In this document: positions 34,626-47,499 of the stretch, one piece after another
How positions within the stretch are numbered: position 1 is the first letter of the stretch
How the letters are laid out: each line of letters starts with the position of its first letter
Source: Octopus sinensis
Taxonomy: Eukaryota
DNA: 64,000 nucleotides
Direction: 5' to 3'
Assembly: GCF_006345805.1 (NCBI RefSeq)
Contig: NC_043022.1
Span: forward strand, 3,658,001 to 3,722,000
Translations under genes and position numbers: made by a program
The notes under the pieces: generated by a model
Database searches by the model: none
The model's input: the letters and a program-made list of their open reading frames with translations, nothing else
Told to the model about the DNA's origin: nothing

Positions 34626-35039
34626 CACGTATATACGACGGGCTTCTTTCAGTTTCTGTCTACCAAATCCACTCACAAGGCTTTGGTCGGCCCGAGGCTA
34701 TAGTAGAAGACACTTGCCCAAGGTGCTACGCAGTGGGACTGAACCCAGAACCATGTGGTTGGTAAGCAAGCTACTTACCACACAGCCACTATATATATAT
34801 ATATATACATGCGCTTACACACACACACATACATATCTATGACAGGTTCTTTCATTCACTGCAACAAAGAAAATATTAAAATACACAATGATCTAACAAC
34901 CGACACACCTGAGTGAACATCTGCTTGTGTGTGTGACATTAATGGACATGTCAACAGGTATATGAAAGCATAAAACTGTCAAAAGGTAAAAGATCTAATA
35001 ATAATAATAATAATGCTTTCTACTATAGGCACAAGGCCT

Positions 35040-35930
35040 GAAATTTTGGGGATGGGGGGGGACTAGTCGATTACATCGACCCCAGTGTATCACTGGTACT
35101 TAATTTATCAGTTCCGAAAGGATGTAAGGCAAAATCGACCTCGGTGGATTTTGAACTCAGAACACGAAGACAGATGAAATGCCGCTAAGCATTTATTCCG
35201 GTATGCTAAGAATTCTGCCAGCTCACCATAATAACAATAATAATAATAATAATAATAATAACAATAATAATAATAATGGTTTCAAATTTTGGCACAAGGC
35301 CAGCTTGGGGGAGGTGGGGATGAGCCAACTCTAACCCTAACCCCGAAAGGATGAAAGGTAAAGTCGCCCTCAGGACATAGCGACGGGTGAAATACTTATT
35401 TCTTTACTACCCACAAGAGAGAGAGAACAAACAAGGACAGACAAACAGATTAAGTTGATTATATCGACCCCCAGTACGTAACTGGTACTTAATTTATCGA
35501 CCCCGAAAGGATGAAAGGCAAAGTCGACCGCGGCGGAATTTGAACTCGGAACTTAGCGGCAGGCAAAATACCGCTAAGCATTTCGCCCGACGTGCTAACG
35601 ATTCTGCCAGCTCACCGACGGGTGAAATACTGCTAAGCATTCCGTCCATTGCGCTAACGACTCTGGCAGCACGCTGCCTTAATAATAATAATAATAATAA
35701 TAAATAATAATATTAATAATATTTTTTTTCCACAAGGGCAGCAATTTTGGGGAAGGGATGAGTCGGTTAGATCGACCCCCAGTACGCAACTGGTACTTAT
35801 TTTAACGACCCCGAAAAAAATGAAAGGCAAAGTTGACCTTCAGCAGTATTTGAACTCAGAACGTAGCGGCAGACGAAATACCGCTAAGCATTTCATCCAA
35901 CGCACTCAACGATTCTGCCAGCTCACCACC
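35040..35930 (-). mobile_element. Cluster of SINE family C copies and fragments with (AAT)n tracts
   Basis: Repeated CCGAAAGGATGAAAGGCAAAGTCGACC and head segments. Confidence 0.75.
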
Positions 35931-35964
35931 TTAATAATAATAATAATAATAATAATAATTTCTT

Positions 35965-36395
35965 GGCAATCTTTCGTCTCTAGTAGACCTTTCCGTTGAT
36001 TTCCGTAAAAATTGTTTGTTTTTTTACATATGGGCTTGCGGGAACTTTTGAAGTAATGAGAGCGAAAGAGACTAAGAGAAAGCCATTTTATGACGAGGGA
36101 AGTTCTTTTGAAGTTACCGTGCATGGCAAGCATTGATGTACATGTGTGTGTGTGTGTGTGTGTGTGTTTGATGGGGTGTGGGAGACAGACAGTATGTTGT
36201 GTAAGTGAAGTGCTTCTGTTAGTGTGTGTGAAGAGACAGAGTAATGTGTGAAAGAAAGAGATAACTGAAATTTTTTACTCGGTGTATGTGTATATGTATG
36301 TATATTACTTCAAAAGTTCCCGCAAGCCCATATGTAAAAAAAAAAAATTTTTTACGGAAATCGACGGAAAGGTCTACTAGAGACGAAAGATCGCC
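35965..36395. mobile_element. MITE with ~93-bp TIRs and 8-bp TSD (Merlin- or hAT-like)
   Basis: Arms 35965-36057 and 36304-36395, termini GGC...GCC, TSD AATTTCTT at 35957-35964 and 36396-36403. Confidence 0.85.
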
Positions 36396-36538
36396 AATTT
36401 CTTAATAAAGCAATAAAAAAAAGGGAATAAATAAAACAAAACAAAACGAAAGGGTGTTAGTAGGCATGTTTATGTCCAGTGGTGGTGTGTTTATTAGTAG
36501 TAATAGTAGTACAAGTCTCAAAAAATATACAAACTCAC

Positions 36539-36663
36539 TTTAAGTTCGCGCCGGAGCAATTTAGGTGATGTAAGTCTGTTGTCGAATCGAAAACTGGATT
36601 GAATAGGGTTGCGATGTTGTGTCGGTAGGCAACGGGGAGCGATTGGATGGATACAGGGTCCAT
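36539..36663 (-). CDS. TRAF4: Candidate alternative first coding exon of TRAF4 (no RING)
   Basis: ATG at 36663-36661, 41 open codons (MDPVSIQSLPVAYRHNIATLFNPVFDSTTDLHHLNCSGANL) plus 2 nt, then a GTGAGT donor. The phase 2 end matches the 52-nt exon. No homology evidence. Confidence 0.5.
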
Positions 36664-37617
36664 CGTTTAGGATGGGACTTTTAGCGAGAGAGAGAGAGAG
36701 TCGTTGGTGGGTCGCTTGCGGTGAGGTTTGTTGTTGGTTTGTGAGACACATACGATGCAAGAAGTGAAGAAGAAAGAATGGAACACGAGGAAAGGAGTGG
36801 AGGAGGGAGAGGAAGGAGAGTTGGGAGAGAAAGAAGAGTTGGGAGAAAAAGAGAAATTAACGCTGTTTTTTTTTTTTTTCTTCCTAAAAATATAAATTAG
36901 AAATCAGAAAGAAATGAAGAAAGTTCTCTGCAGAATAATGATAGACAAATGGTTGAGGGTGACTGGAATGGAATAGAATGCCCTGCAGAGCTTCTTACAG
37001 AAAGTTTGCTTCTTAAGGGCACGAAAGATTAATCGGAAGGGTTTTGAGCACTTGAAAGCTTGTGGATAAATAAGGTTGCAGGTAGTAACCTGCTACCCAC
37101 ATAAATTCTACCAGGAATAAAACGAAATCCAAGTACAAAAAAAAAATTAATTAATTTATAATAATAATAATAATTGTAGCGGTGTTGCTGTACTAATAAC
37201 TTGTTAAGAAGATGAAGGCCACAAATTCATAGGTTTTAAGAAGTAATAATTGAAGCTGAGCTGTGGCACTGAATATGTGAGCAGAGTTCAGCAAGGAATT
37301 AAAACCAGATGCAGACTTTCAGTTTCACTGAGCGAGAGAAAGAGTAGAGCTCACCTCGGTAAATTAAATAAAGAAAAGGTCGTGTGTCAGCGCGTGTGTT
37401 TTACAAGTTATAGTTTACAACACAAACATATAAGCGAGGTAAAGTAGATGTATGTCGCTGGGGGGGGGGGGGGGTGAGGAATATCAGAAAGTGGAAACAT
37501 GAAACTCAGAGTGGCAATGGATGAAAGCCCCAGCTTCAAAATAAAACAAACTGTATTGTAGCAATTAACAATTTTCTTTTTGTACTCCTTCTCTAAATAC
37601 AAATGTATGCATGCATA

Positions 37618-37652
<35 letters not shown>

Positions 37653-37808
37653 TAATTATATTTATATTGTATAGAGGGCATTATCACACATAAATGCCTC
37701 ACACTAAGAGGGACAAAGTCATTACTACTAAAATTACACTAATCATACCTAATGCAGGTATAATTTCTTGTTAAGATTCCTTATTAAGAAGTTATCCTTA
37801 ATTGTTAA

Positions 37809-37845
<37 letters not shown>

Positions 37846-38334
37846 GGGTGTGTGTTTGTGTTTTGAATTTGATGTTTAATTGAAAAATTACGATTATAAA
37901 CGAACGAATGGGGTCAAGAGATGGAGAAAGAAAGAGATCCCTTCTAAAAATTGTACATGAAACAGAAAAACACGGGGGGAAAAATCCCCGGAACACAAAC
38001 TCGTGGTCTCTTCGGAAAGACCAGGGGTGAAAAGGTGGGTTACCATTGGTGTGTGTGAGACAGAGGGGTAAAGTAAAGATGAGGATTAGAGGTTCGTTGG
38101 TGGAAAAACTGGATAGAAAATGGTGAAATTTGTCAGTTGGACGTCGAAATCATCAGAAAGATACGTTGAAAAGTCTGTGTTGTGTCTCCTCCAGTGGCGG
38201 TGGTGATGGTGGTGATGACAGGAGATCTTGCTTGCGACGATGAACGACCGATGTTGATCTGGGATGAATGAGACTAAACAGAAAGTAGCGAAGGCTTTGC
38301 TCTTTATATATATATATGGAGAGAGAAAGGGGGA

Positions 38335-38668
38335 GAGAGACGGACAGAAGAAGAAGAGAGAGAGAAAGACGGACAGAAGAAGAGAGAGAGAGGGGGACAG
38401 AAGCAGAGAGAGGGGGGGACAGAAGCAGAGAGAGAGAGGGACAGAAGCAAGAGAGAGAGAGAGAGGGACAGAAGCAGAGAGAGAGAGAGGGACAGAAGCA
38501 AAGAGAGAGAGGGGGACAGAAGCAGAGAGAGAGAGAGGGACAGAAGCAGAGAGAGAGAGGGGGACAGAAGCAGAGAGAGAGAGGGGGACAGAAGCAGAGA
38601 GAGAGAGAGGGACAGAAGCAGAGAGAGAGAGAGAGGGACAGAAGCAAAGAGAGAGAGAGGGACAGAAG

Positions 38669-38700
<32 letters not shown>
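38335..38700. repeat. GA-rich minisatellite, GGGACAGAAGC(AG)n, 22-26 bp
   Basis: About 14 visible units. Other purine-strand tracts lie at 55130-55700, 56540-56760, 59690-60110 and 61800-62010. Confidence 0.9.
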
Positions 38701-38702
<2 letters not shown>

Positions 38703-40115
38703 GGCTGGTTGAAGATGTCAGGGGTTTGAACAAAGGAAATGAAAGATGTATGTAACAGGCGACAGGCGAACGACCCGGATGGCAGGTAGACCTGTATCTC
38801 TCTCTCTCTCTCTCTCTCTCTCTACCTCTTAAACAATCACCACCACCACCGCCGCCGCCGCCATCATCATCAATACTACAGCTGCTGTTCTACCTTCCAA
38901 CCCAACCCCCTCCGCCACCGTTCCGCCCAATTGATACTTGGAACACTGAGCGAGGTGGATGAGGTGAGGTTGGGGGCAGAGGAGCGTGCTGTAAGGAGGG
39001 AGTTCGAAGAGTGAGGGGGAGAGGAGAAATAGGGAAGACAATGTTGCAAGATTAGGGAGGCGAGGAAAGGTAAAAGAGGAAGGTGAATATAAGACAACCA
39101 CCTCGATCAATCACTAGGGGTGGGAGAGACTGTGTGCAACAGAGTGAGTATAAGTGTGAGAGACAGGAGTGTGTCAGAGAGAGAGAGAGAGCATGTATGA
39201 GAGAGTATGTATACGTGAGAGGGGAGTATGTGAGAGAAAGAGAGAGAGAGAGGGAGCTAAGGCAGTGTAGATCCAGTAACAGCTGGCTAAGGTTCCCTGG
39301 AGGAGGAGGTAGAGTGGCAGCAGTAGTAGTAGTAGTAGTAGTGGTGGTGGTGTCTTGTCCACACTCCTTTAGGTTCTACAGCAGCTGGAAGCATAGGAGG
39401 AGGAGGAGTTAAAACTCTTTGTTCCACTCCGCCTTACATAACATACACACCCACCTTAGAGAAGACTGCCTTCTCCTCCTCTTACTCCCCTTCTCTGATA
39501 CAGTAGACCGGTTAAGTTGCATAGATATATATATATATATATATACTCTTTTACTTGTTCAGTCATTTGACTGCGGCCATGCTGGAGCACCGCCTTTAAT
39601 CGAGCAAATCGACCCCCGGACTTATTCTTTGTAAGCCCAGTACTTATTCTATCGGTCTCTTTTGCCGAACCGCATGTGGGACAAACACAGACACACATAT
39701 ATATACATACATATATACGACGGGCTTCTGTCAGTTTCCGTCTACCGAATCCACTCACAAGGCATTGGTCGGCCCGGGGCTATAGCAGAAGACACTTGCC
39801 CAAGATGCCACGCAGTGGGACTGAACCCGGAACCATGTGGTTGGTTAGCAAGCTACTTACCACACAGCCACTCCTGCGCATATATATATATATATATACC
39901 AATAAAGATTTATCATAACAAAGGCATATCACACACAAGCACACTTCTAAGTATACTAGTGAGGCTTTTTTTTAATGATCCAGTGACCATGAAAAATGTC
40001 TGTCTGTCTTTCCACACAGACCCCTTACAATAGGTCTTGGACGTCGGTTTTCAAATATATAAAATGTTTCAACGCCGATTTATTAATTGTAGACTATGTA
40101 TTTAGATGCACAGAG

Positions 40116-40187
<72 letters not shown>

Positions 40188-41164
40188 CGACAGGCTTCTT
40201 TCAGTTTCCGTCTACCAAATCCACTCACAAGGCATTGGTCGGCCCGTGGCTGTGTGGTTAGTAGCTTGTTTACCAACCACATGGTTCCGGGTTCAGTCCC
40301 ACTGCGTGGCACCTTGGGCAAGTGTCTTCTGCTATAGCCCCGGGCCGACCAATGCCTTGTGAGTGGATTTGGTAGACGGAAACTGAAAGAAGCCCGTCGG
40401 ATATATGTATATATATATATAAGTGTGTGTGTTTGTGTGTCTGTGTTTGCCCCCCCCCCCCCCCACTATCGCTTGACAACCAATGCTGGTGTGTTTACGT
40501 CCCCGTCACTTAGCGGTTGGTTCGGCAAAAAAGACCGATAGAATAAGTACTGGGCTTACAAAAGAATAAGTCCCGGGGTCGATTTGCTCAATTAAAGGCA
40601 GTGCTCCAGCATGGCCGCAGTCAAATGACTGAAACAAGTAAAAGAGTGAAAGAGTAAAGAGTATATAATCGGATTATGTCTTAAAGACCTTACTAATCCT
40701 TCAAGTAGTGATGAGGATATGGTGGTGGTGGTGGTGGTGGTGCTGGTAGTGGTGCTGGTATCCTAGATGTTAACATCGCAGATGCAATGTTGACATTGGG
40801 CTAAGCTACGTCAAAAGAAACACGTGTCTGTAAGGCAAGACAGACCGGAGACGTTTGTCTCGAGGCTTATTCACCAGTAACGCTTATTCATGTTACGCTC
40901 TCTCGTACATCTCCCCACCCTGGCTAAAAGACGAGGTTTAAACTCTTGTGTTGATGCTGCACTTAACCTCCTACTCTCCTGCAATTCTGGCTTTTCCTTA
41001 ACGACTGATCCGCTTAAGCCATTCCAGATGCAGGCCTCCACTGTTGAAGTGCCACCTGTAGATGATTTCACTTGATCATAATCAGCTGATTATTTTTAAT
41101 TAGCCATCATTAGCTATTCATTCATTCTATTTGTGTGTGTGAGTCAGTATACATACATACAACT

Positions 41165-41211
<47 letters not shown>

Positions 41212-41669
41212 TATATGTATATATACATATAAAATTGTGTCAAGGACCTATAATCCTTAAAGGGATGCCAGCACCCTAGTTTTCTGGCTTTTATCAGTGT
41301 TCAGTGAAAACTAAATACATTAGTTTTGTATTGATATATACATATTACTCTTTTACTCTTTTACTTGTTTCAGTCATTTGACTGCGGCCATGCTGGAGCA
41401 CCGCCTTTAGTCGAGCAAATCGACCCCGGGACTCATTCTTTGTAAGCCCAGTACTTATTCTATCGGTCTCTTTTGCCGAACCGCTAAGTAACGGGGACGT
41501 AAACACAACAGCATCGGTTGTCAAGCAATGCTAGGGGGACAAACACAGACACACAAACACACACATATACACATATACGAGAGGCTTCTTTCGGTTTCCG
41601 TCTACCAAATCCACTCACAAGGCATTGGTCGGCCCGGGGCTATAGCAGAAGACACTTTATATATATATA

Positions 41670-41862
41670 TAAAGTTAATCCAAACATGAAAACACAACAA
41701 CGCAAGGACGTGGAACAAAGATAGTATTATTGGACGCTCAGGAAGGAAGGGAAGAAGGAGGGCTTAACGTTTCGAGCAGAGCTCTTTGTCAGAAACACAG
41801 GAGAAGGAAAGATCCAGAGAAGGGAGACGGAGGAAAAAAAATCGCCAACGGTACACACGCGG

Positions 41863-41870
<8 letters not shown>
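41670..41870 (-). mobile_element. Short Penelope-pLTR-like repeat carrying a minimal hammerhead remnant
   Basis: Second copy, with GTTT-CTGACAA-A-GAGC-TCT-GCTC-GAAA-CGTT-AAGC at 41762-41796. Confidence 0.5.
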
Positions 41871-41905
<35 letters not shown>

Positions 41906-42218
41906 GTGGAGTGAAAATAAAAAATTTGTGGAATTTGAAAATGTCCGGGGACTAAAATCTTGCTATATTTGATTATTAGAAAAATGCTAAATTTTTCTTT
42001 TTTTATCATCTCTCTGTTTATTTTCTCGTGTTCCTTTCTGTTAGAGAGCATAGGCTCTTTAACACCTTCCTGAGTGTTAAACTAATACACCTGTTTCTTG
42101 CTTACACACCTGTCTTCGTCTTTAACGTTTATATACATATATATAAACATACATATATACATACATACATACATACATACATACATACATTATATATATA
42201 TATATTATATATATTATA

Positions 42219-42251
<33 letters not shown>

Positions 42252-43362
42252 CATACGACGCAGCTTCTTTCAGTTTCCGTCTACCAAATCCACTCACAAG
42301 GCTTTGGTTGGCCCGAGGCTATAGCAGAAGACACTTGCCCAAGATGCCATGCAGTGGGACTGAACCCGGAACCATGTGGTTGGTAAGCAAGCTACTTACC
42401 ACACATACCTGCTGCTTTATCTCAATCGTCAATACCACAATAGCAATCATGACAATTGTTGCGTGAAAAAGGAGAAGGAAACAAAAGAAAATGCCGCCCA
42501 CAAGAGCACAGGGTAAGCGAGCGGTTGAATAACCCTAGTAACTACCTGTCTAACAGCTCCCTATAACCCTAAGCCTATAATTGCATTAGTCATCCCTACA
42601 CCCTCCTTAAATATCAGTTACCATTTTCCAGATGTCACCACCGATGTCAGATAAAACTCTCTCACACACACACACAAACCAACCCCTGTCTCGTATCTAC
42701 AAGACGCAGGCCAAATTAATTTTGTAGCAGCCGTTCAAGTCTTATTAGATCTTTAATTTTTCTTTAATACAATAAAACTAACAGTATTCATGTATTAGGT
42801 GCATATATACACAAGCACATATGTGTGCACACACATGCATGTATGTATAAATATGTCTGGTGTGTGTGTGTGAAGTGAGGCTTTGTGCCGGAAAGAGTGG
42901 AGTGACCATCTGTGTACAAAGAAACCCATTCATTGTTGTTCGTTTCTTGTGGTTAACATGATACGACAGCTTTACTGACAATAAACTGATGTAGGAACAG
43001 GATCCTTTGTTACCAAGTGTTTCCCCCCACTTCTGTAATATCGAGCTATTTATTCCATAAACCACCATTTCATTAAGGGCCACACTAAAATCATCTGCCA
43101 CATGTCTGGCAAATTTTTATTTTGTTTCTGTAATCCTGTTGAAATAAAACAGCCTTCGTTTCAGGTAATTTTGAAAATTAACCATTCCCACTAAAATTCC
43201 TGACTATGGGTCAATATTTGAAACAATTATTATTATTATTATTAAGGCACAGGAGTGGCTGTGTGGTAAGTAGCCCTGCTTACCAACCACACGTGTTCCG
43301 GGTTCAGTCCCACTGCGTGGCACCTTGGGCAAGTGTCTTCTACTATAGCCTGTCGTGTGTGT

Positions 43363-43403
<41 letters not shown>

Positions 43404-43763
43404 TATATATATATGTATGTATGTATATATATGTGTGTGGTTTGTGTTTGTCCCCCCAACATCGCTTGACAACCGATGCTGGTATGTTTACGTCCCGTTA
43501 CTTAGCGGTTCAGCAAAAGAGACCGATAGAATAAGTACTAACTTACAAAGAATAAGACCTGGGGTTGATTTGCTCGACTAAAAGGCGGTGCTCCAGCATG
43601 GCCGCACTCAAATGACTGAAACAAGTAAAAGAGAGTAAAAGAAAAAGAGAGTAAGGTGTTGAGATGGCGGGTTGTTAGCATGCCAAGCAGTTGAATACAG
43701 GGTTTGATGTAATCAACTTAGCCCCATACACGAAAGTGCTGGCCTTGTGCCAAAATTTGAAAC

Positions 43764-43801
<38 letters not shown>

Positions 43802-43809
<8 letters not shown>

Positions 43810-44304
43810 TCCACCTTAGTGAAGGTGGAGGTATTGTTTTCAGTTGTGTTTGTTTGTTTGTTTGTCCATGGACAAGATATCTCAAGAACTGCTGGATGGA
43901 TTCAGATGAAACTTTCAGGGATGTGTGGCCCCGTGACTGGCACAAACTGGGTGTCGATGTAATTGACTAGCACCTCATCCCAAAATTTCAGGCCTTCTAC
44001 CTATTGTAGAAAGGATTATTATTACTTTAATTATTTCACTTCTCAGAGCTTTTGATTTCAGTTGCTCCAGCTAATTCTGTAAGAAGAAACAACATCCTGT
44101 TGTCAAAGATCTCACAGGGTCTCTTTCCAAAATACTCAACATCCAAATATCAATCTCAAAATCCTCACTGTCCCCCAATAAAGCGGTTTCCTGAGCATGT
44201 TCTACTCTCATGTCAATCCCAAATTCTCCAGCAAATTTCTCAAATTTGATAAAGGTTGTTGCTGTTATCATTATTATGACAAACACAAACACACACACAT
44301 ATAT

Positions 44305-44337
<33 letters not shown>

Positions 44338-44565
44338 GCACCATCCGTTCGTGTCCGTTGCCAGCCTCGTCTGGCCTCCGTGCCAGTGGCACGTAAAAAG
44401 CACCCACTACACTCACGGAGTGGTTGGCGTTAGGAAGGGCATCCAGCCGTAGAAACACTGCCAGATCAGACTGGGCCTGATGCGGCCTTCCAGCTTCACA
44501 GACCCCAGTTGAACCGTCCAACCCATGCTAGCATGGAAAGCGGACGCTAAATGATGATGATGATG

Positions 44566-44596
<31 letters not shown>

Positions 44597-46171
44597 TATA
44601 TATATATATATATAGATATATATAATATATATATATATATATATACACAACAGGCTTCTTTCAAGCTGGCAGAATCGTTAGCACACTGGACAAAATGCTT
44701 AGTGGTATTTCACCAGTCGCTATGTCCAGAGTTCAAATTCTGCCAAGGTCAACTTAGCCTTTTGTTCTTTCGGGGTCGATAAAATAAGTACCAGCTGGAC
44801 ACTGGGGTTGATGTAACTGACTCATCTCCACCTCCCCGCAAGCCGTCCTTGTGACAAAATTATTATTATTATTATTGTATTGTATTGGCATCCTTTCTGT
44901 CTCCGGAGACAATGGAGTTGCGCATGAAGTAGTCTAGTCCGGCTTTTACATTTCATGAACTGATACATTTCCTGCTGTGGCTGTGTAGTCCTATCCTGGA
45001 CAAACACTCCCTCTGGCAGGTACCGCAAATGTAGCGAAGACTGTTCCTGGCTGGTTGTAGTGCCATAGTCTCTTGTTTACGTCTCTTCCTTTCTTTCCAT
45101 TTCTCCTCTCTCTCTCTGTCACTCTTTTGTATTCCCTCTTTTACAGTACGTCGCCATTATTATTATTATTATTATCATTCTATTTGGGAGGCAACTTGTA
45201 TGAGGTGACATCTGTAATAAGGAAGACAATTCCTGCTGGGAAGACAACAGACCCCAGATAAGCTACAAAAACATCCTTCTTAAAAGTTGCTGATTACTTA
45301 ATGATAAACGACGTTAACCTCTGATAACTTCAAGCTTTGTTATCAACTTCTTCCCCGTTCTTCAAGTACCAATATCATAATCTAGGGGTGGTTGTGGTGG
45401 TGGAGGTGGAAATATCAACGTTACCTCCACCACCCTGCACTTACTGCCATCTCTCAAAAAAAGTTGCAAACAGTTTTTGATGCAACTTGCCGGAAAAGTT
45501 GGTAATGACACAAGGAACAGATAATGAAATTTTGATAGAGATCTAGGAATTTTTATGGGTTCTTGAAGGATTTTTCATTTGTTATATTTACTTTACATGA
45601 AATATTACAATGTTACGTTCCTTGATTGTCATCATCATCATCATCATCATTTAACGTCCGCTTTCCATGCTAGCATGGGTTGGACGGTTCAACTGGGGTC
45701 TGGGAAGCCCGAAGGCTGCACCAGGCCAGTCAGATCTGGCAGTGTTTCTACAGCTGGATGCCCTTCCTAACGCCAACCACTCCAAAAGTGTAGTGGATGC
45801 TTTTTATGTGCCACCAACACAGGTGCCAGACGAGGCTGGTGAACGGCCATGCTTGGATGGTGTCTTTTACGTGCCACCGGCACGGAGGCCAGGTGAGGCT
45901 GGCAATGGCCACGATCGGATGGTGTTTGTTACGTGCCACCGGCACGGAGGCCAGGCGAGGCTGGCAATGGCCATGATCGGATGGTGTTTGTTACGTGCCA
46001 CCAGCACGGAGGCCAGTCTCCCTTGAAAACACGCTCCTCGTTTCCACGTAACCTATGGTGGCGTTGCTGTTTCCAAAGTTTATTTTCGTTTCTCTATTAG
46101 TAATTTTACTCACATATCTATCTTAAAACGAGCTTGGCGGAGGTCTGCGCTCTCTGAGTGCTTTTCTAGTT
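43802..46171 (+). mobile_element. Helentron/DINE-like non-autonomous element ends with nested SINE and RTE fragments
   Basis: The 5' end TTATTACCTCCACC carries an 11-bp hairpin and (TTTG)n. The 3' end is GGCGGAGGT followed by a GCGCTC-TCT-GAGTGC hairpin and TTCTAGTT. That the two ends form one insertion is inferred. Confidence 0.45.
44862..45075 (-). mobile_element. RTE-clade LINE 3' fragment (second family)
   Basis: The minus frame reads YICGTCQRECLSRIGLHSHSRKC* (RTE C-terminal zinc knuckle), followed by a 3' UTR and an (AAT)n tail. Confidence 0.75.
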
Positions 46172-47499
46172 TATCATAGAGGGCAGCAAGCCACACAAAA
46201 GTTTACGTGTAGGAGGACATTGTGTAATTACTGAGCTGAAAACATGGCAGGTGATATAGCAAGGTCTGATATTATTTCTATGTACAAGACCTGGCTGTTT
46301 TAGAAATTTAACATGGAGGGCAGTAAGCCACAAAAATGTCTATGTGGAAGTAGACATAAACATCAGGTGTTGCAAGACCTGATATAATTTCATTCTAGAA
46401 GTCCTCAGCCTCTTTAGAAATTTCTATAAAAACTGAACATAGGAGTCACCAAAGTCCATGCAAATATCACAAGAAGAAACACATGTTGCGTGGGATAATA
46501 TAAGGAAATATGAGCGGCTGTGTGGTAAGTAGCTTGCTAACCAACCACATGGTTCCGGGTTCAGTCCCACTGCGTGGCACCTTGGGCAAGTGTCTTCTAC
46601 TATAGCCTCGGGCCAACCAAAGCCTTGTGAGTGGATTTGGTAGACGGAAACTGAAAGAAGCCCGTCGTATATATGTATATATATATGTGTGTGTGTGTGT
46701 GTGTTTGTGTGTCTGTGTTTGTCCCACTAGCATTGCTTGACAACCAATGCTGGTGTGTTTACGTCCCCGTCACTTAGCGGTTCAGCAAAAGAGACCGATA
46801 GAATAAGTACTGGGCTTACAAAAGAATAAGTCCCGGGGTCGATTTGCTCGACTAAAGGCGGTGCTGCAGCATGGCCGCAGTCAAATGACTGAAACAAGTA
46901 AAAGAGTAAAGAGAGTAATTAAGTCACAGCAAAACATTAATTTTTGTTTGATTGAAATAATTTGGATTTGCTTTTTTGCCAGCGCCGCCTCGACTGGCTT
47001 CCGTGTCGGTGGCACGTAAAAAGCACCATCCGAATCGTGGCCGAAGCCAGTGCCGCCTCGACTGGCTTCCGTGCAGGTGGCACGTAAAATGCACCAATCC
47101 GCCGTGGCCGATGCCAGCCTCGCCTGGCTCCAGTGCAGGTGCACGTAAAAAGCACCCACTACACTCACTGGAGTGGTTGGCGTTAGGAAGGGCATCCAGC
47201 TGTAGAAACATTGCCAGATAAGACTGGAGCCTGGGGCAGCCTTCTGGCTTCCCAGATCCCCGGTTGAACCGTCCAACCCATGCTAGCATGGAAAACGGAC
47301 GTTAAATGATGATGATGATGATGATGATGATTTCGAGGAAAGGGTGTCATTTGTAAAGTGCCATTTGGTGAAAAGAAGGAGGACTGAGTCAGAAATGGTT
47401 GGGAAGAGTGGCATTGGACAACACAAGAGAATACAAACTGCATCATGCACTCAACTACGCAATTGTGGTAGTGGACCAATGGGGTAGTTAACGCTCGTG

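Noticed and set aside
35331-35343. Telomeric CTAACCCTAACCC
   Set aside because: Only about two units, which is within chance expectation.
40871-41071. ORF IWNGLSGSVV...STQEFKPRL resembling a CR1/L2 LINE C-terminus
   Set aside because: The similarity to the WNxLPxxVV...FKxxL motif is too short and interrupted to call, so it is left unannotated.
42778-43101. 107-aa minus-strand ORF considered as the missing TRAF4 RING exon
   Set aside because: It has no Cys/His RING spacing and no suitable phase 2 donor.
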